A DNA stretch of 37,746 nt, from assembly GCA_946538475.1 (NCBI GenBank), contig CAMNGN010000001.1, positions 1 through 37,746 on the forward strand, given 5' to 3'. The notes under the pieces are model-generated. The model saw nothing but the letters and a program-made list of their open reading frames with translations, made no database searches and was not told the DNA's origin. Each line of letters opens with the position of its first letter. Positions within the stretch are counted from its first letter, which is position 1. The position numbers and the translations under genes are program-made. The stretch is from an uncultured Blautia sp. (GTDB taxonomy: Bacteria > Bacillota > Clostridia > Lachnospirales > Lachnospiraceae). Below, in pieces: positions 10,694-19,979 of this stretch.

Positions 10694-11997
10694 AAAGAAA
10701 ACTGACTGACAATTTATCGCTCAAGATTATTTCTATCCTGATAGGTATAGTCCTGTGGCTGGTAGTGGTCAATATTGACAATCCTGTCATCAGCAAGAGT
10801 TTTACTTTGTCAAATGTCGAACTGGTAAACGAGGCATATATCGATGATACCGGTCTGGTGTGTCTCCGCGACGGTGAGGCGACGCCCGTACGGGTGACGA
10901 TCACCGGAGAGAGGAGCATGCTGAACGGGATCACTGCTTCGGACATCAGCGTCGTAGCCGACCTGCAGCAGGCTGTCAGCCTGGAGACCAATCCCGTAAT
11001 GATCCCCGTCACAGCCTCGTGCAACGGGGTATCGCCCGCCAACATCACCGTGTGGCCTCAGAATGTGAGCGTCACGCTGGAGGAAAAGGTGACGGGAGAA
11101 TTCATGGTAGGGGTAAACAGCGGTGACAGCAAACCCGGAAAAGGGTACGAGATCGGCACACAGACAGTGAGCCCCGAAAAAGTAAGGATAACCGGACCGG
11201 GATCACTGATCAGAAAGATCGACAAGGTCAATGTATATGTCAATGTTGAAGGCGTCACCGAGGATTTTACAGAGACTGCGAACATGTCCGTCATCGACAA
11301 AAACGGTGAGACACTGAGCGTCACGCAGATGAACAACCTGCGGTTTGACAATGACGGCAGAGTGACTGTAGCGACAAAACTCTGGAAGACCCGAAGCGAT
11401 ATCAGACCCGAGGTGAGATACCGGGGAGAACCGGCAGAGGGTTATGTGCTCGACAGTGTGAGCACGGTTCCCGAGACCGTCAGTGTGGCGGGAACGAAAG
11501 AAGCACTGGAACTGCTGAAAGGAAACGGAAACATCATCGAGATCGATGATGAGAGTGTGGATATCTCGGGGCAGGATTCCGACAAAGAATTCAAGATCGA
11601 CATATCTCAGTATATGCCGGAAGGACTGAAGCTCACCAGCGGGTCCAACAACGAGATACTGGTCACTTTCCGCATCCTCCCCGAAGGAGGAAAACGGCTG
11701 TCCATCCCGACAAGCAAGATCAGTGTGAAAGGTAAAAAAGAGGGACTGCAGATCTCCTTCGAGATAGACAAGCTGGAGATCCGCGTAAAGGCCGACGACG
11801 AACAGAAGATCGTCGACTTTGACGAAAAAGATGAGGAGGCGGTCAAAGCGTCCATAGATGTGGAAGGCATGGATGAGGGGAGCTATCAGATCCCTGTCGA
11901 TATCACATTGCCGGACGGATTTGAACTGCTTGAAGAGGCGTCGACGGAGATCGTCATCTCCAAAGTTTCGACCGCTTCGGACACACCGGTAGAATAA
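10690..11997 (+). CDS. cdaR: CdaR/YbbR-like regulator of diadenylate cyclase
   Basis: N-terminal anchor (NLSLKIISILIGIVLWLVV), repeated YbbR-like motifs (PEKVRITGP, PETVSVAG), overlaps the cdaA stop. Confidence 0.88.
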   Translation: MKRKLTDNLSLKIISILIGIVLWLVVVNIDNPVISKSFTLSNVELVNEAYIDDTGLVCLRDGEATPVRVTITGERSMLNGITASDISVVADLQQAVSLETNPVMIPVTASCNGVSPANITVWPQNVSVTLEEKVTGEFMVGVNSGDSKPGKGYEIGTQTVSPEKVRITGPGSLIRKIDKVNVYVNVEGVTEDFTETANMSVIDKNGETLSVTQMNNLRFDNDGRVTVATKLWKTRSDIRPEVRYRGEPAEGYVLDSVSTVPETVSVAGTKEALELLKGNGNIIEIDDESVDISGQDSDKEFKIDISQYMPEGLKLTSGSNNEILVTFRILPEGGKRLSIPTSKISVKGKKEGLQISFEIDKLEIRVKADDEQKIVDFDEKDEEAVKASIDVEGMDEGSYQIPVDITLPDGFELLEEASTEIVISKVSTASDTPVE

Positions 11998-12011
11998 GGG
12001 GAGGGTGAGTT

Positions 12012-12275
12012 ATGGTCAGCCGTAAAGTGAAAGTGATCAACACCACCGGACTGCATCTGCGGCCGGCCGGTATTCTCTGCAAAGAAGCGATACGCTTTAA
12101 ATCGAATATTTACTTCCGCTATGGAGAAGGGGAGGCAAATGCCAAGAGTGTGCTGAGCATTCTGGGCGCATGCGTCAAGCGCGGGGACGAGATCGAGATC
12201 GTCTGTGACGGAGAGGACGAAGAGCAGGCACTCATTGAGATCACCGAAGCAATTGCCACCGGTCTCGGAGAATAA
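12012..12275 (+). CDS. ptsH: HPr-family phosphocarrier protein
   Basis: 87 aa with GLHLRPA (His15) and NAKSVLSIL (Ser46). May be a paralog rather than the main HPr. Confidence 0.88.
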   Translation: MVSRKVKVINTTGLHLRPAGILCKEAIRFKSNIYFRYGEGEANAKSVLSILGACVKRGDEIEIVCDGEDEEQALIEITEAIATGLGE

Positions 12276-12282
12276 TAAACTG

Positions 12283-12316
12283 CAGCTGCACATTGTCCGA
12301 GGACAATGTGCAGCTG
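12283..12316. repeat. Perfect 16-bp inverted repeat (stem-loop) after HPr
   Basis: CAGCTGCACATTGTCC-GA-GGACAATGTGCAGCTG, with no U-tract after it. Confidence 0.85.
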
Positions 12317-12345
12317 TTGCACGATAAGGAAAAGGAGGAACCGGC

Positions 12346-13863
12346 GTGAAAAGCAGCAGATTCATAAAAAGATCAGGCATCATTTTGATGATAGTTATGG
12401 CTCTTCTGGCCGCGGTGCAGACATTTGCGGCTTCGGGACCGTATGTGAGAGAAGAAGCGGTCGCACCGGAGGAGAGGAAAGCATCCAAACCAAAGGCTGT
12501 ATCCCCCAACGCATGGCAGAAGATCAACGGAGTATGCTATAACGGAAGCGGCGAGGTGATCCCGGGAGCGATCACCCGGGGCATCGATGTGTCCGAATGG
12601 CAGGGCAGGATCGACTGGAGCAGAGTAAAGAATTCTGATGTGGACTTTGCCTTTATCCGTCTTTCTCACAGCTTAAAGCATGAGGACACTTACTACGAGT
12701 ACAACATGAAAAACGCGATCGCGGCAGGTATTCCGGTCGGAGTGTACATTTACAGTACGGCAAAGACGAACAAAGAAGCTCTGATAGAGGCGGAGTACGT
12801 GATCGCCAGGATCAAAGGCTATAAGATATCCTATCCGATCGTGTTCGACATGGAGGACAGTGCGCAGGATTCGCTTACGAATGCACAGCGTACGGACCTG
12901 TACAGAGTTTTCTGCGATGAGATCAAAAAAGCCGGATATTATCCGATGGTCTATACCAACCGTAACTGGTACGATTACAAGCTGAATGTGAGCCGCCTGA
13001 GAGAATACGATTTCTGGCTTGCCAGCTTCGGCGATACCATCAACAGGCCTGACACGAACAAGTACCGCTATACGATCTGGCAGGCAACCGGAGGTTCGAC
13101 AACGCCCGGCATGAATTCGACCGCCGGACTGATCGCCGGTATCCCCGCACAGAACAATGCCGACATCAATTTCGGCTTTGTGGATTATACAAGGATCATC
13201 ACGCCGAGAACGCAGCCTGTTTCCGGGTACCAGAGCGCCGGACTTCTGAGAAACGGATGGTACAAAGAAGGCGGAAAGACGTATTATTACAGGAACGGTA
13301 CGAAAGCAACAGGTCTCTGGACCATCGATGGTAAAAAATACTGCTTTTCTACGACAGACGGGGAGATGCGGGTCAATGCACTGCTGCGTATCGATTCAAA
13401 GTATGTGTACTGCAGCTCAAGCGGGGCACTCGTAAGAAACGGCTGGGTGACATTGAAAAAATGGAACAAATACTATTTCGGCAATGATTACCGGGCCGTT
13501 ACGGGAGAAAAGACGATAGGCGGAAAACGTTATTACTTTGACACCAAAACAGCCGTCATGAGAAAGAATCTGAAGTATGTGTACAAAAACGGAGCCATCT
13601 ACTACTACAAATATAACGGAGAAATGGCTACGGACGGATGGAGAGTGCTCACCGAGAACGGAAAGAAACATGTATATTATTTCTGCAGGACAGGGAACGC
13701 CTTTAAGAGCTGGCATAAGATCGGCGGAAACGAGTTCTTCTTCTACACCAATGACTATCCCAATCCCGGAGTCAGAGCAGAAAATGTAACGCTCACCATC
13801 GGAAACATGAAGTGCAAGTTTAATGAAAAGGGTATATGCGTCAAAAAGACGCCAATAAAATAA
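12346..13863 (+). CDS. Secreted GH25 muramidase with cell-wall-binding repeats
   Basis: Signal peptide, GIDVSEWQGRIDW, PIVFDME (DxE), MVYTN, IWQ. C-terminal GW..I.G..YYF repeats. AAAGGAGG RBS and GTG start. Confidence 0.9.
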   Translation: MKSSRFIKRSGIILMIVMALLAAVQTFAASGPYVREEAVAPEERKASKPKAVSPNAWQKINGVCYNGSGEVIPGAITRGIDVSEWQGRIDWSRVKNSDVDFAFIRLSHSLKHEDTYYEYNMKNAIAAGIPVGVYIYSTAKTNKEALIEAEYVIARIKGYKISYPIVFDMEDSAQDSLTNAQRTDLYRVFCDEIKKAGYYPMVYTNRNWYDYKLNVSRLREYDFWLASFGDTINRPDTNKYRYTIWQATGGSTTPGMNSTAGLIAGIPAQNNADINFGFVDYTRIITPRTQPVSGYQSAGLLRNGWYKEGGKTYYYRNGTKATGLWTIDGKKYCFSTTDGEMRVNALLRIDSKYVYCSSSGALVRNGWVTLKKWNKYYFGNDYRAVTGEKTIGGKRYYFDTKTAVMRKNLKYVYKNGAIYYYKYNGEMATDGWRVLTENGKKHVYYFCRTGNAFKSWHKIGGNEFFFYTNDYPNPGVRAENVTLTIGNMKCKFNEKGICVKKTPIK

Positions 13864-13886
13864 AAAAACACACAGGAGATAAATTC

Positions 13887-15029
13887 ATGATCGTATTTAA
13901 CAAACCGGCTTACACCGGAAAAGAGACAGAGTACATCGAAGATGCCGTCAAAAGAGGAATGCTCTGCGGCGACGGCGCTTACACCAAAATGTGCAACAAA
14001 TGGATGGAGGACAGGTTTAATGTAAGGCATGTCATGCTCACCACTTCCTGCACGCATGCACTGGAAATGGCAGCTTACCTTACCGGCATCAAACCCGGCG
14101 AGGAAGTGATCATGCCCTCCTACACCTTTGTTTCCACCGCAGATGCCTTCGTCCTTCGCGGGGCAAAGATCGTTTTTGTCGATATCCGTCCGGATACGAT
14201 GAACATAGATGAAACTAAGATCGAGGATGCGATCACCGACAAGACACGCGTGATCTGCCCGGTACATTATGCCGGCATCGGCTGCGAGATGGATACGATC
14301 ATGGACATCGCCCGCAGGCACAACCTTAAGGTCGTGGAAGATGCCGCCCAGGGCGTCGGTTCGTACTATAAAGGCAAAGCGCTGGGAACCATCGGTGATT
14401 TCGGCTGCTACAGCTTCCACGAGACGAAAAACTATACGATGGGAGAAGGCGGCGCTATCGTTTTCAACGACGACTCGATGCAGGAGAAGGCCGAGATCCT
14501 TCGTGAAAAAGGCACCGACCGAAGCAAATTCTTCCGCGGACAGGTCGACAAATACCGCTGGCAGGATTTTGGTTCTTCCTACCTTCCCAGCGAACTGAAT
14601 GCGGCCTACCTGTACGCCCAGCTCGAGGTGAGCGAAAAGATCTGCGCAAAACGTCAGCAGATCTGGGAATACTACAATGAACATCTGGCACCGCTTGAGG
14701 AGAAGGGCTTCATCGACAGACCCTTTGTTCCCGAAGGATGTACCAACAACTACCATATGTACTACCTCAAAGTCAAAGACATGTCCGTCAGAACTCCTCT
14801 GATCTCATGGCTCCGTGAAAACGGTGTGGCTTCCGTGTTCCATTATGTGCCGCTGCATTCCGCACCGGCAGGCCTCAAATTCGGCCGGTTCCACGGAGAG
14901 GACGTCTACACTACGAAAGAGAGCGAAAGACTGATGCGTCTTCCGATGTTCTACAATCTGGATATGGAAGATGTGAAAAAGGTCACAGACCTGCTGCTTT
15001 CTTACCCGGGCTACGAATCGATCAGATAA
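13887..15029 (+). CDS. rffA: dTDP-4-amino-4,6-dideoxygalactose transaminase (RffA/WecE family)
   Basis: TSCTHALEMAA, MPSYTFVSTA, EDAAQG, SFHETKNY (PLP Lys), REKGTDRS, FHYVPLH. AGGAG RBS before ATG 13887. Confidence 0.92.
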   Translation: MIVFNKPAYTGKETEYIEDAVKRGMLCGDGAYTKMCNKWMEDRFNVRHVMLTTSCTHALEMAAYLTGIKPGEEVIMPSYTFVSTADAFVLRGAKIVFVDIRPDTMNIDETKIEDAITDKTRVICPVHYAGIGCEMDTIMDIARRHNLKVVEDAAQGVGSYYKGKALGTIGDFGCYSFHETKNYTMGEGGAIVFNDDSMQEKAEILREKGTDRSKFFRGQVDKYRWQDFGSSYLPSELNAAYLYAQLEVSEKICAKRQQIWEYYNEHLAPLEEKGFIDRPFVPEGCTNNYHMYYLKVKDMSVRTPLISWLRENGVASVFHYVPLHSAPAGLKFGRFHGEDVYTTKESERLMRLPMFYNLDMEDVKKVTDLLLSYPGYESIR

Positions 15030-15044
15030 GGAGATACAGACATA

Positions 15045-15629
15045 ATGGGAAAAATTAAAGTGACACCCTGCGGGGATATCGAAGGCCTTAAAGTCATCGA
15101 ACCGACGGTCTTCGGCGACTCACGCGGCTATTTCATGGAGACATACAATTACAATGATTTCTGCGAAGCGGGCATCGATGTGACATTTGTGCAGGACAAC
15201 CAGTCCGGCTCACGCTACGGCGTGCTTCGCGGTCTGCACTTTCAGATCAATTATCCGCAGGACAAGCTGGTGAGGGTCGTTGCGGGCGAGGTTTATGACG
15301 TGGCTGTCGATCTGCGCCCGGGTTCCGAAACTTACGGCAAATGGTTTGGCGTCCTTCTTTCCGCGGAAAACAAAAAGCAGTTCTTTATACCCAAAGGTTT
15401 TGCCCACGGCTTCCTGGTACTTTCCGATTTTGCCGAGTTTACCTACAAATGTTCCGATTTCTATCATCCCAACGATGAGGGCGGCATCATATACAACGAT
15501 CCGGACATCGCTGTGGAGTGGCCTGTCGGCGAAGAGATGGAACTCGTGCTTTCTGATAAAGACACAAAATGGGGCACTTTTGCGGAGTATAACCGTGCAA
15601 AGGAGAGTCCCGCAGGAGACAATGCATAA
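15045..15629 (+). CDS. rmlC: dTDP-4-dehydrorhamnose 3,5-epimerase
   Basis: DSRGYFME, VQDNQS, VLRGLHFQ, DVAVDLR, PKGFAHGF. Confidence 0.93.
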   Translation: MGKIKVTPCGDIEGLKVIEPTVFGDSRGYFMETYNYNDFCEAGIDVTFVQDNQSGSRYGVLRGLHFQINYPQDKLVRVVAGEVYDVAVDLRPGSETYGKWFGVLLSAENKKQFFIPKGFAHGFLVLSDFAEFTYKCSDFYHPNDEGGIIYNDPDIAVEWPVGEEMELVLSDKDTKWGTFAEYNRAKESPAGDNA

Positions 15630-16444
15630 TGGTCAGATCGATCTTTTCACTGCCGGCGGATATCATAAAAAACCGCCGGCTGATCGCAAAACTTGCCTGG
15701 AACGACTTCAGGACCCGCTATGCCGGGTCCTATTTGGGAATTGTCTGGGCTTTTATTCAGCCGATCATCACGATCCTCGTGTACTGGTTCGTCTTTTCGG
15801 TGGGTTTCCGTGCGGGAACGGGTGATCTGGGAATCCCGTTCGTCCTGTATCTGGTGGCAGGCATCGTGCCCTGGTTTTTCTTTCAGGACGGTCTGATCGG
15901 CGGAACGGCTTCCCTTCTGGAATATAATTATCTTGTAAAAAAAGTTGTGTTCAATATCAGCGTGCTTCCGGTGGTGAAGATTCTCTCCGCTGCGGTCGTG
16001 CACTGCTTTTTTGTGCTGTTTACGATCATCCTGTACATGGGGTACGGATATTTCCCCGATTTTTATTATCTGCAGATCATCTACTACAGCGGATGCACCT
16101 TTGTGCTTATCCTGGGTATTTCTTACTTTACCTGTTCGGTGGTGGTTTTCTTCAGGGACCTTTCCCAGATCATCAGCATACTGCTGCAGGTCGGGATCTG
16201 GCTCACACCGATCATGTGGGTGGCGGAGGATGCTCTGGCGGGCCATCCGGCGCTTGCACGTATTTTAAAGTTTAACCCGATGTATTATATTGTATCCGGT
16301 TACCGGGATACTTTTGTCAAAAAAGAGTGGTTTTTTGTTCACCCCATGTGGACGCTCTACTTCTGGATATTCGCGCTTCTGTGCCTTCTGGCCGGGGGAC
16401 ATGTATTTAAAAAGCTGAGGGTCCATTTTGCGGACGTGCTGTAA
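15629..16444 (+). CDS. wzm: Polysaccharide ABC exporter permease (Wzm/TagG family)
   Basis: RYAGSYLGIVWAFIQP, LVKKVVF, FRDL, TPIMW, NPMYY, FADVL. Confidence 0.9.
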   Translation: MVRSIFSLPADIIKNRRLIAKLAWNDFRTRYAGSYLGIVWAFIQPIITILVYWFVFSVGFRAGTGDLGIPFVLYLVAGIVPWFFFQDGLIGGTASLLEYNYLVKKVVFNISVLPVVKILSAAVVHCFFVLFTIILYMGYGYFPDFYYLQIIYYSGCTFVLILGISYFTCSVVVFFRDLSQIISILLQVGIWLTPIMWVAEDALAGHPALARILKFNPMYYIVSGYRDTFVKKEWFFVHPMWTLYFWIFALLCLLAGGHVFKKLRVHFADVL

Positions 16445-16480
16445 AAAACGGCTTCAGTATAACGTACCGGAGGGATACGA

Positions 16481-17773
16481 TTGAGCGAGAAAAATGTCAT
16501 TCAGGTGAAGAACCTGACAAAAATGTATAAACTGTACGACAAGCCGTCGGACCGTCTTAAAGAGGCACTGGGGCTGTCCCGCAAAAAACGGTACCGTGAA
16601 CATTACGCGCTTCATGACATCAGTTTTAACGTGAGAGAAGGCGAGTGCGTAGGCATAATCGGTGTGAACGGTTCGGGAAAATCGACGATACTGAAGATCA
16701 TCACCGGAGTGCTCACCCCGACATCCGGAACCGTCGAGGTGGACGGCCGGATAAGTGCTCTTCTGGAACTCGGCGCCGGGTTCAATATGGAATATACCGG
16801 ACTCGAGAACGTTTATCTGAACGGCACGATGATCGGTTTTTCCAAGGAAGAGATAGACCGGAGGCTGGATGATATTCTGGCTTTTGCGGATATCGGTGAT
16901 TTTATCCACCAGCCCGTAAAGACCTATTCCAGCGGTATGTTCGTGCGGCTTGCATTTGCCGTGGCCATCAACATAGACCCCGAGATACTCATCGTGGATG
17001 AGGCCCTCTCGGTAGGAGATGTTTTTTTCCAGGCAAAGTGCTTTCATAAATTCGAAGAATTCAAGGAGCAGGGAAGGACCATCCTGATCGTAAGCCACGA
17101 TCTTTCCAGCATTTCCAAATACTGCGACAGAGTCATCCTGTTAAATCAGGGACATCTCCTTGACCAGGGATCGCCCAAAGCCATGGTGGATATGTACAAG
17201 CAGCTGCTGGTACATCAGGATCCGGTGAGGCAGCAGGAAGAAGCGGCCGAGGAGGACGCTTCCGCAGACGGCGACACTCTTTCCGGAGATTCCTGGAAAG
17301 AAGGAATGGCGCTTAATCCGAACACGCTGGAATACGGGGACAAGCAGGCCGAGATCGAGGCCTTCCAGGTCATCGATGAGAAGGGGCACAAGAGCAACAT
17401 CATCGAAAAAGGAACTCCTTTTGATATCCGCGTGAAGGTCCGCTTTAACAAAGAGATCCAGGACCCGATCGTGGCCTATACATTCAAAAACATTCAGGGG
17501 ACAGAGATCACCGGCACAAACACGATGTACGAAAAAGCACATATCGAGCATTCCTCGCCGGGGGACGAATGCATCGTCACCTTTCACCAGAACATGGATA
17601 TGCAGGGCGGTGAGTATCTTCTGTCATTCGGCTGTACCGGATATTGCGGAGGCGATTTCACGGTATTCCACAGGCTGTACGATGCCTGTAATATAACGGT
17701 TGTTTCTACTAAAAATACGGTCGGTTTTTACGATATGAATTCCGTGGTAAAAGTGGAGGAGCTGAGCAAATGA
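16481..17773 (+). CDS. wzt: Polysaccharide ABC exporter ATPase with C-terminal Wzt_C-like carbohydrate-binding domain
   Basis: GVNGSGKST, LLELGAGF, YSSGMFVRLAF, DEALSVGD, plus a beta-rich C-terminal extension. Confidence 0.9.
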   Translation: MSEKNVIQVKNLTKMYKLYDKPSDRLKEALGLSRKKRYREHYALHDISFNVREGECVGIIGVNGSGKSTILKIITGVLTPTSGTVEVDGRISALLELGAGFNMEYTGLENVYLNGTMIGFSKEEIDRRLDDILAFADIGDFIHQPVKTYSSGMFVRLAFAVAINIDPEILIVDEALSVGDVFFQAKCFHKFEEFKEQGRTILIVSHDLSSISKYCDRVILLNQGHLLDQGSPKAMVDMYKQLLVHQDPVRQQEEAAEEDASADGDTLSGDSWKEGMALNPNTLEYGDKQAEIEAFQVIDEKGHKSNIIEKGTPFDIRVKVRFNKEIQDPIVAYTFKNIQGTEITGTNTMYEKAHIEHSSPGDECIVTFHQNMDMQGGEYLLSFGCTGYCGGDFTVFHRLYDACNITVVSTKNTVGFYDMNSVVKVEELSK

Positions 17774-18693
17774 TGCAGGAAAAAATAGGAAATGTCATAC
17801 TGGATCTTTTCTGGTACCCGGGAAAGGATATGTACAGTGACGGCCCTGTGGAGGATGAACTCCTCGAGATCGCCCGGAACACGCGGGAAGAAGACCTGAA
17901 TGCGGTGATCGCCGAGCGGAAGGACTGGTCCGTCATGTACCATTTCTCCGAGATCCGGCAGAACATCATCTCGTGGATGCCGATCGGCAGGTACGATCAT
18001 GTGCTCGAGATCGGTGCGGGATGCGGGGCCATCACGGGAGCGCTGGCAGAAAAAGCGGGTTCGGTCACGGCTGTCGAGCTTTCCAAAAAAAGATCCATGA
18101 TCAACGCGTACCGGAACAGGGACAAGGATAATCTCAGGATCATCGTGGGAAACTTTCTGGATATCGAACCGAACCTGACGGAGAACTATGACTATATCAC
18201 ACTGATCGGTGTGTTTGAATATGCACAGGCTTACATGGGGGATCACAAGCCTTATCTGAAGATGCTGAGCTGCATAGCAAAACATCTCGCCCCCGGCGGA
18301 AAGATCGTGATCGCGATAGAGAACAAGCTCGGCCTCAAGTATTTTGCCGGCTGTACGGAGGATCACGTCGGCGTGCAGTTCAAGGGTATAGAGGGATATC
18401 CCGACAATCCGGGCGTACGCACATTTTCCCGCAAAGAAATGCTGGATATGATAAAGAAGACGGGCGACTTTAAGACCACGGTCTACTATCCGTACCCGGA
18501 TTACAAGTTCCCGATGACGATCTACTCCGACAAATTCCTCCCCAAACCCGGGGAGATCAGGGAATCCTTCCTGAACTACGACAGACAGCGCATCCTTCTG
18601 TTCGATGAGCCGCGCGCCTATGACTCGATCATCGAAGCAGGGCTTTATCCGGAGTTTGCCAACTCATTTCTGATCGTAGCCGAAAAACAATAG
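17770..18693 (+). CDS. Class I SAM-dependent methyltransferase (glycan locus)
   Basis: VLEIGAGCGAIT, VELS, YDYITLIGVFEY, LAPGGKIVIAIEN. Confidence 0.88.
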   Translation: MMQEKIGNVILDLFWYPGKDMYSDGPVEDELLEIARNTREEDLNAVIAERKDWSVMYHFSEIRQNIISWMPIGRYDHVLEIGAGCGAITGALAEKAGSVTAVELSKKRSMINAYRNRDKDNLRIIVGNFLDIEPNLTENYDYITLIGVFEYAQAYMGDHKPYLKMLSCIAKHLAPGGKIVIAIENKLGLKYFAGCTEDHVGVQFKGIEGYPDNPGVRTFSRKEMLDMIKKTGDFKTTVYYPYPDYKFPMTIYSDKFLPKPGEIRESFLNYDRQRILLFDEPRAYDSIIEAGLYPEFANSFLIVAEKQ

Positions 18694-18707
18694 AGAGGAG
18701 GCCGGTC

Positions 18708-19979
18708 ATGAAAGAACTGATCTATAGCAAATTTTCAAATGAGCGGAGCCGGGCGTACGCAGTCCGCACCGATATCTTTGAGGAGGACGGAAAACGGTCT
18801 GTGCGAAAGACGCCGCTGTTTCCGGAAGGCAAAAACCATGTCGCACGCATGGCGCTGCTTCGGACCACTCTTGACAAACAGTACAAAGATGCCGGCTTTG
18901 CGTGCAATAAATGCCATCTCGATGGGGATGAAATGTGGTTTGAGTATGTGGATGCCGATACGCTGGAAGAGAGGATAGACGAGCTGCTCGAAGACAACCG
19001 GGCCGATGAGGCGAGGGAGCTGCTGCTCCTGTTCCTCCGGAAGATCCGGATGATCCATGAGACGGAAGAGTTTCACATGACGGATGAATTCCGCAGCATC
19101 TTCGGCGATGTCGATCTTCCCGAGGGTCTGAAGTGCGCAAAGTACACCAACATCGACCTGATCTGCTCCAACCTTCTGATGACGGAGCCCCGTACAGTGC
19201 TGGATTACGAATGGACAGTCGATTTCCCGGTTCCCGGAAAATATGTGCTTTACCGCAATCTGCATTATCTGGGCGAATTCGGCGTCGGCCGTCTGGAGCT
19301 CAACATGCGCGATCTGTGTTCGCGCCTGGGGATAGACGACGTTCTGCTGAATACTTTCCGAAAGATGGAGGCCTCCTTCCAGGAAGCGATCATCAAAGGA
19401 CATGTGCCTCTTCGCAACCTGTACCATGATATTTCGCCGGGAATAGCGGAATATTATGTGGAAGCGCCGGACTACGCGCAGGTGTATTTCAACATGGGAG
19501 AAGGATACACGGATGAACACGCGGTCGGCGTCCGCGTCAGAGGCGGAAGGATCAACATGACCATTGATATCCCCGAAGGATGCAACGATGTGAGGATCGA
19601 CCCCTGCAGCAGTCCCTGCATGGTGAGCATCCTGCGTCTGGCCCTGGACGGGACCGAGATACCGATACAGCACTATAAACTCTCGGGCGGTTATACAAGA
19701 GGCAAGAGGGCATATTTTACCACGGACGACCCTGCCTTTTCTTCCATAGTCGTTCCCGATGGCACCAAAAAGCTGGAGATCCGCATGAATTTTGTCAAGA
19801 TGAACAAGAAGACTGCGGAGAGAATGATCCAGCTTGAGATGGAGAACGACCGTCAGATGAGGCAGGAAGACAAGCGTGTCCTTCAGCTGATGATGGAGAA
19901 CGAAGGACTGAAGGCCCAGATCAGAGAGATCAAGAATACATCGGTCTGGAAAATGTACGAGATGGTCACTAAAAAATGA
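18708..19979 (+). CDS. Kinase-like-fold protein with C-terminal coiled coil (putative glycan chain terminator/length regulator)
   Basis: VRK, FEYV, IDLICSN and VLDYEW resemble protein-kinase/APH motifs. Heptad-like C-terminus ends IKNTSVWK. AGGAGG RBS. Confidence 0.65.
   Translation: MKELIYSKFSNERSRAYAVRTDIFEEDGKRSVRKTPLFPEGKNHVARMALLRTTLDKQYKDAGFACNKCHLDGDEMWFEYVDADTLEERIDELLEDNRADEARELLLLFLRKIRMIHETEEFHMTDEFRSIFGDVDLPEGLKCAKYTNIDLICSNLLMTEPRTVLDYEWTVDFPVPGKYVLYRNLHYLGEFGVGRLELNMRDLCSRLGIDDVLLNTFRKMEASFQEAIIKGHVPLRNLYHDISPGIAEYYVEAPDYAQVYFNMGEGYTDEHAVGVRVRGGRINMTIDIPEGCNDVRIDPCSSPCMVSILRLALDGTEIPIQHYKLSGGYTRGKRAYFTTDDPAFSSIVVPDGTKKLEIRMNFVKMNKKTAERMIQLEMENDRQMRQEDKRVLQLMMENEGLKAQIREIKNTSVWKMYEMVTKK

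Noticed and set aside
12346-13863. GH25 gene as a prophage endolysin
   Set aside because: It has a signal peptide and there is no holin, integrase or structural phage gene nearby.
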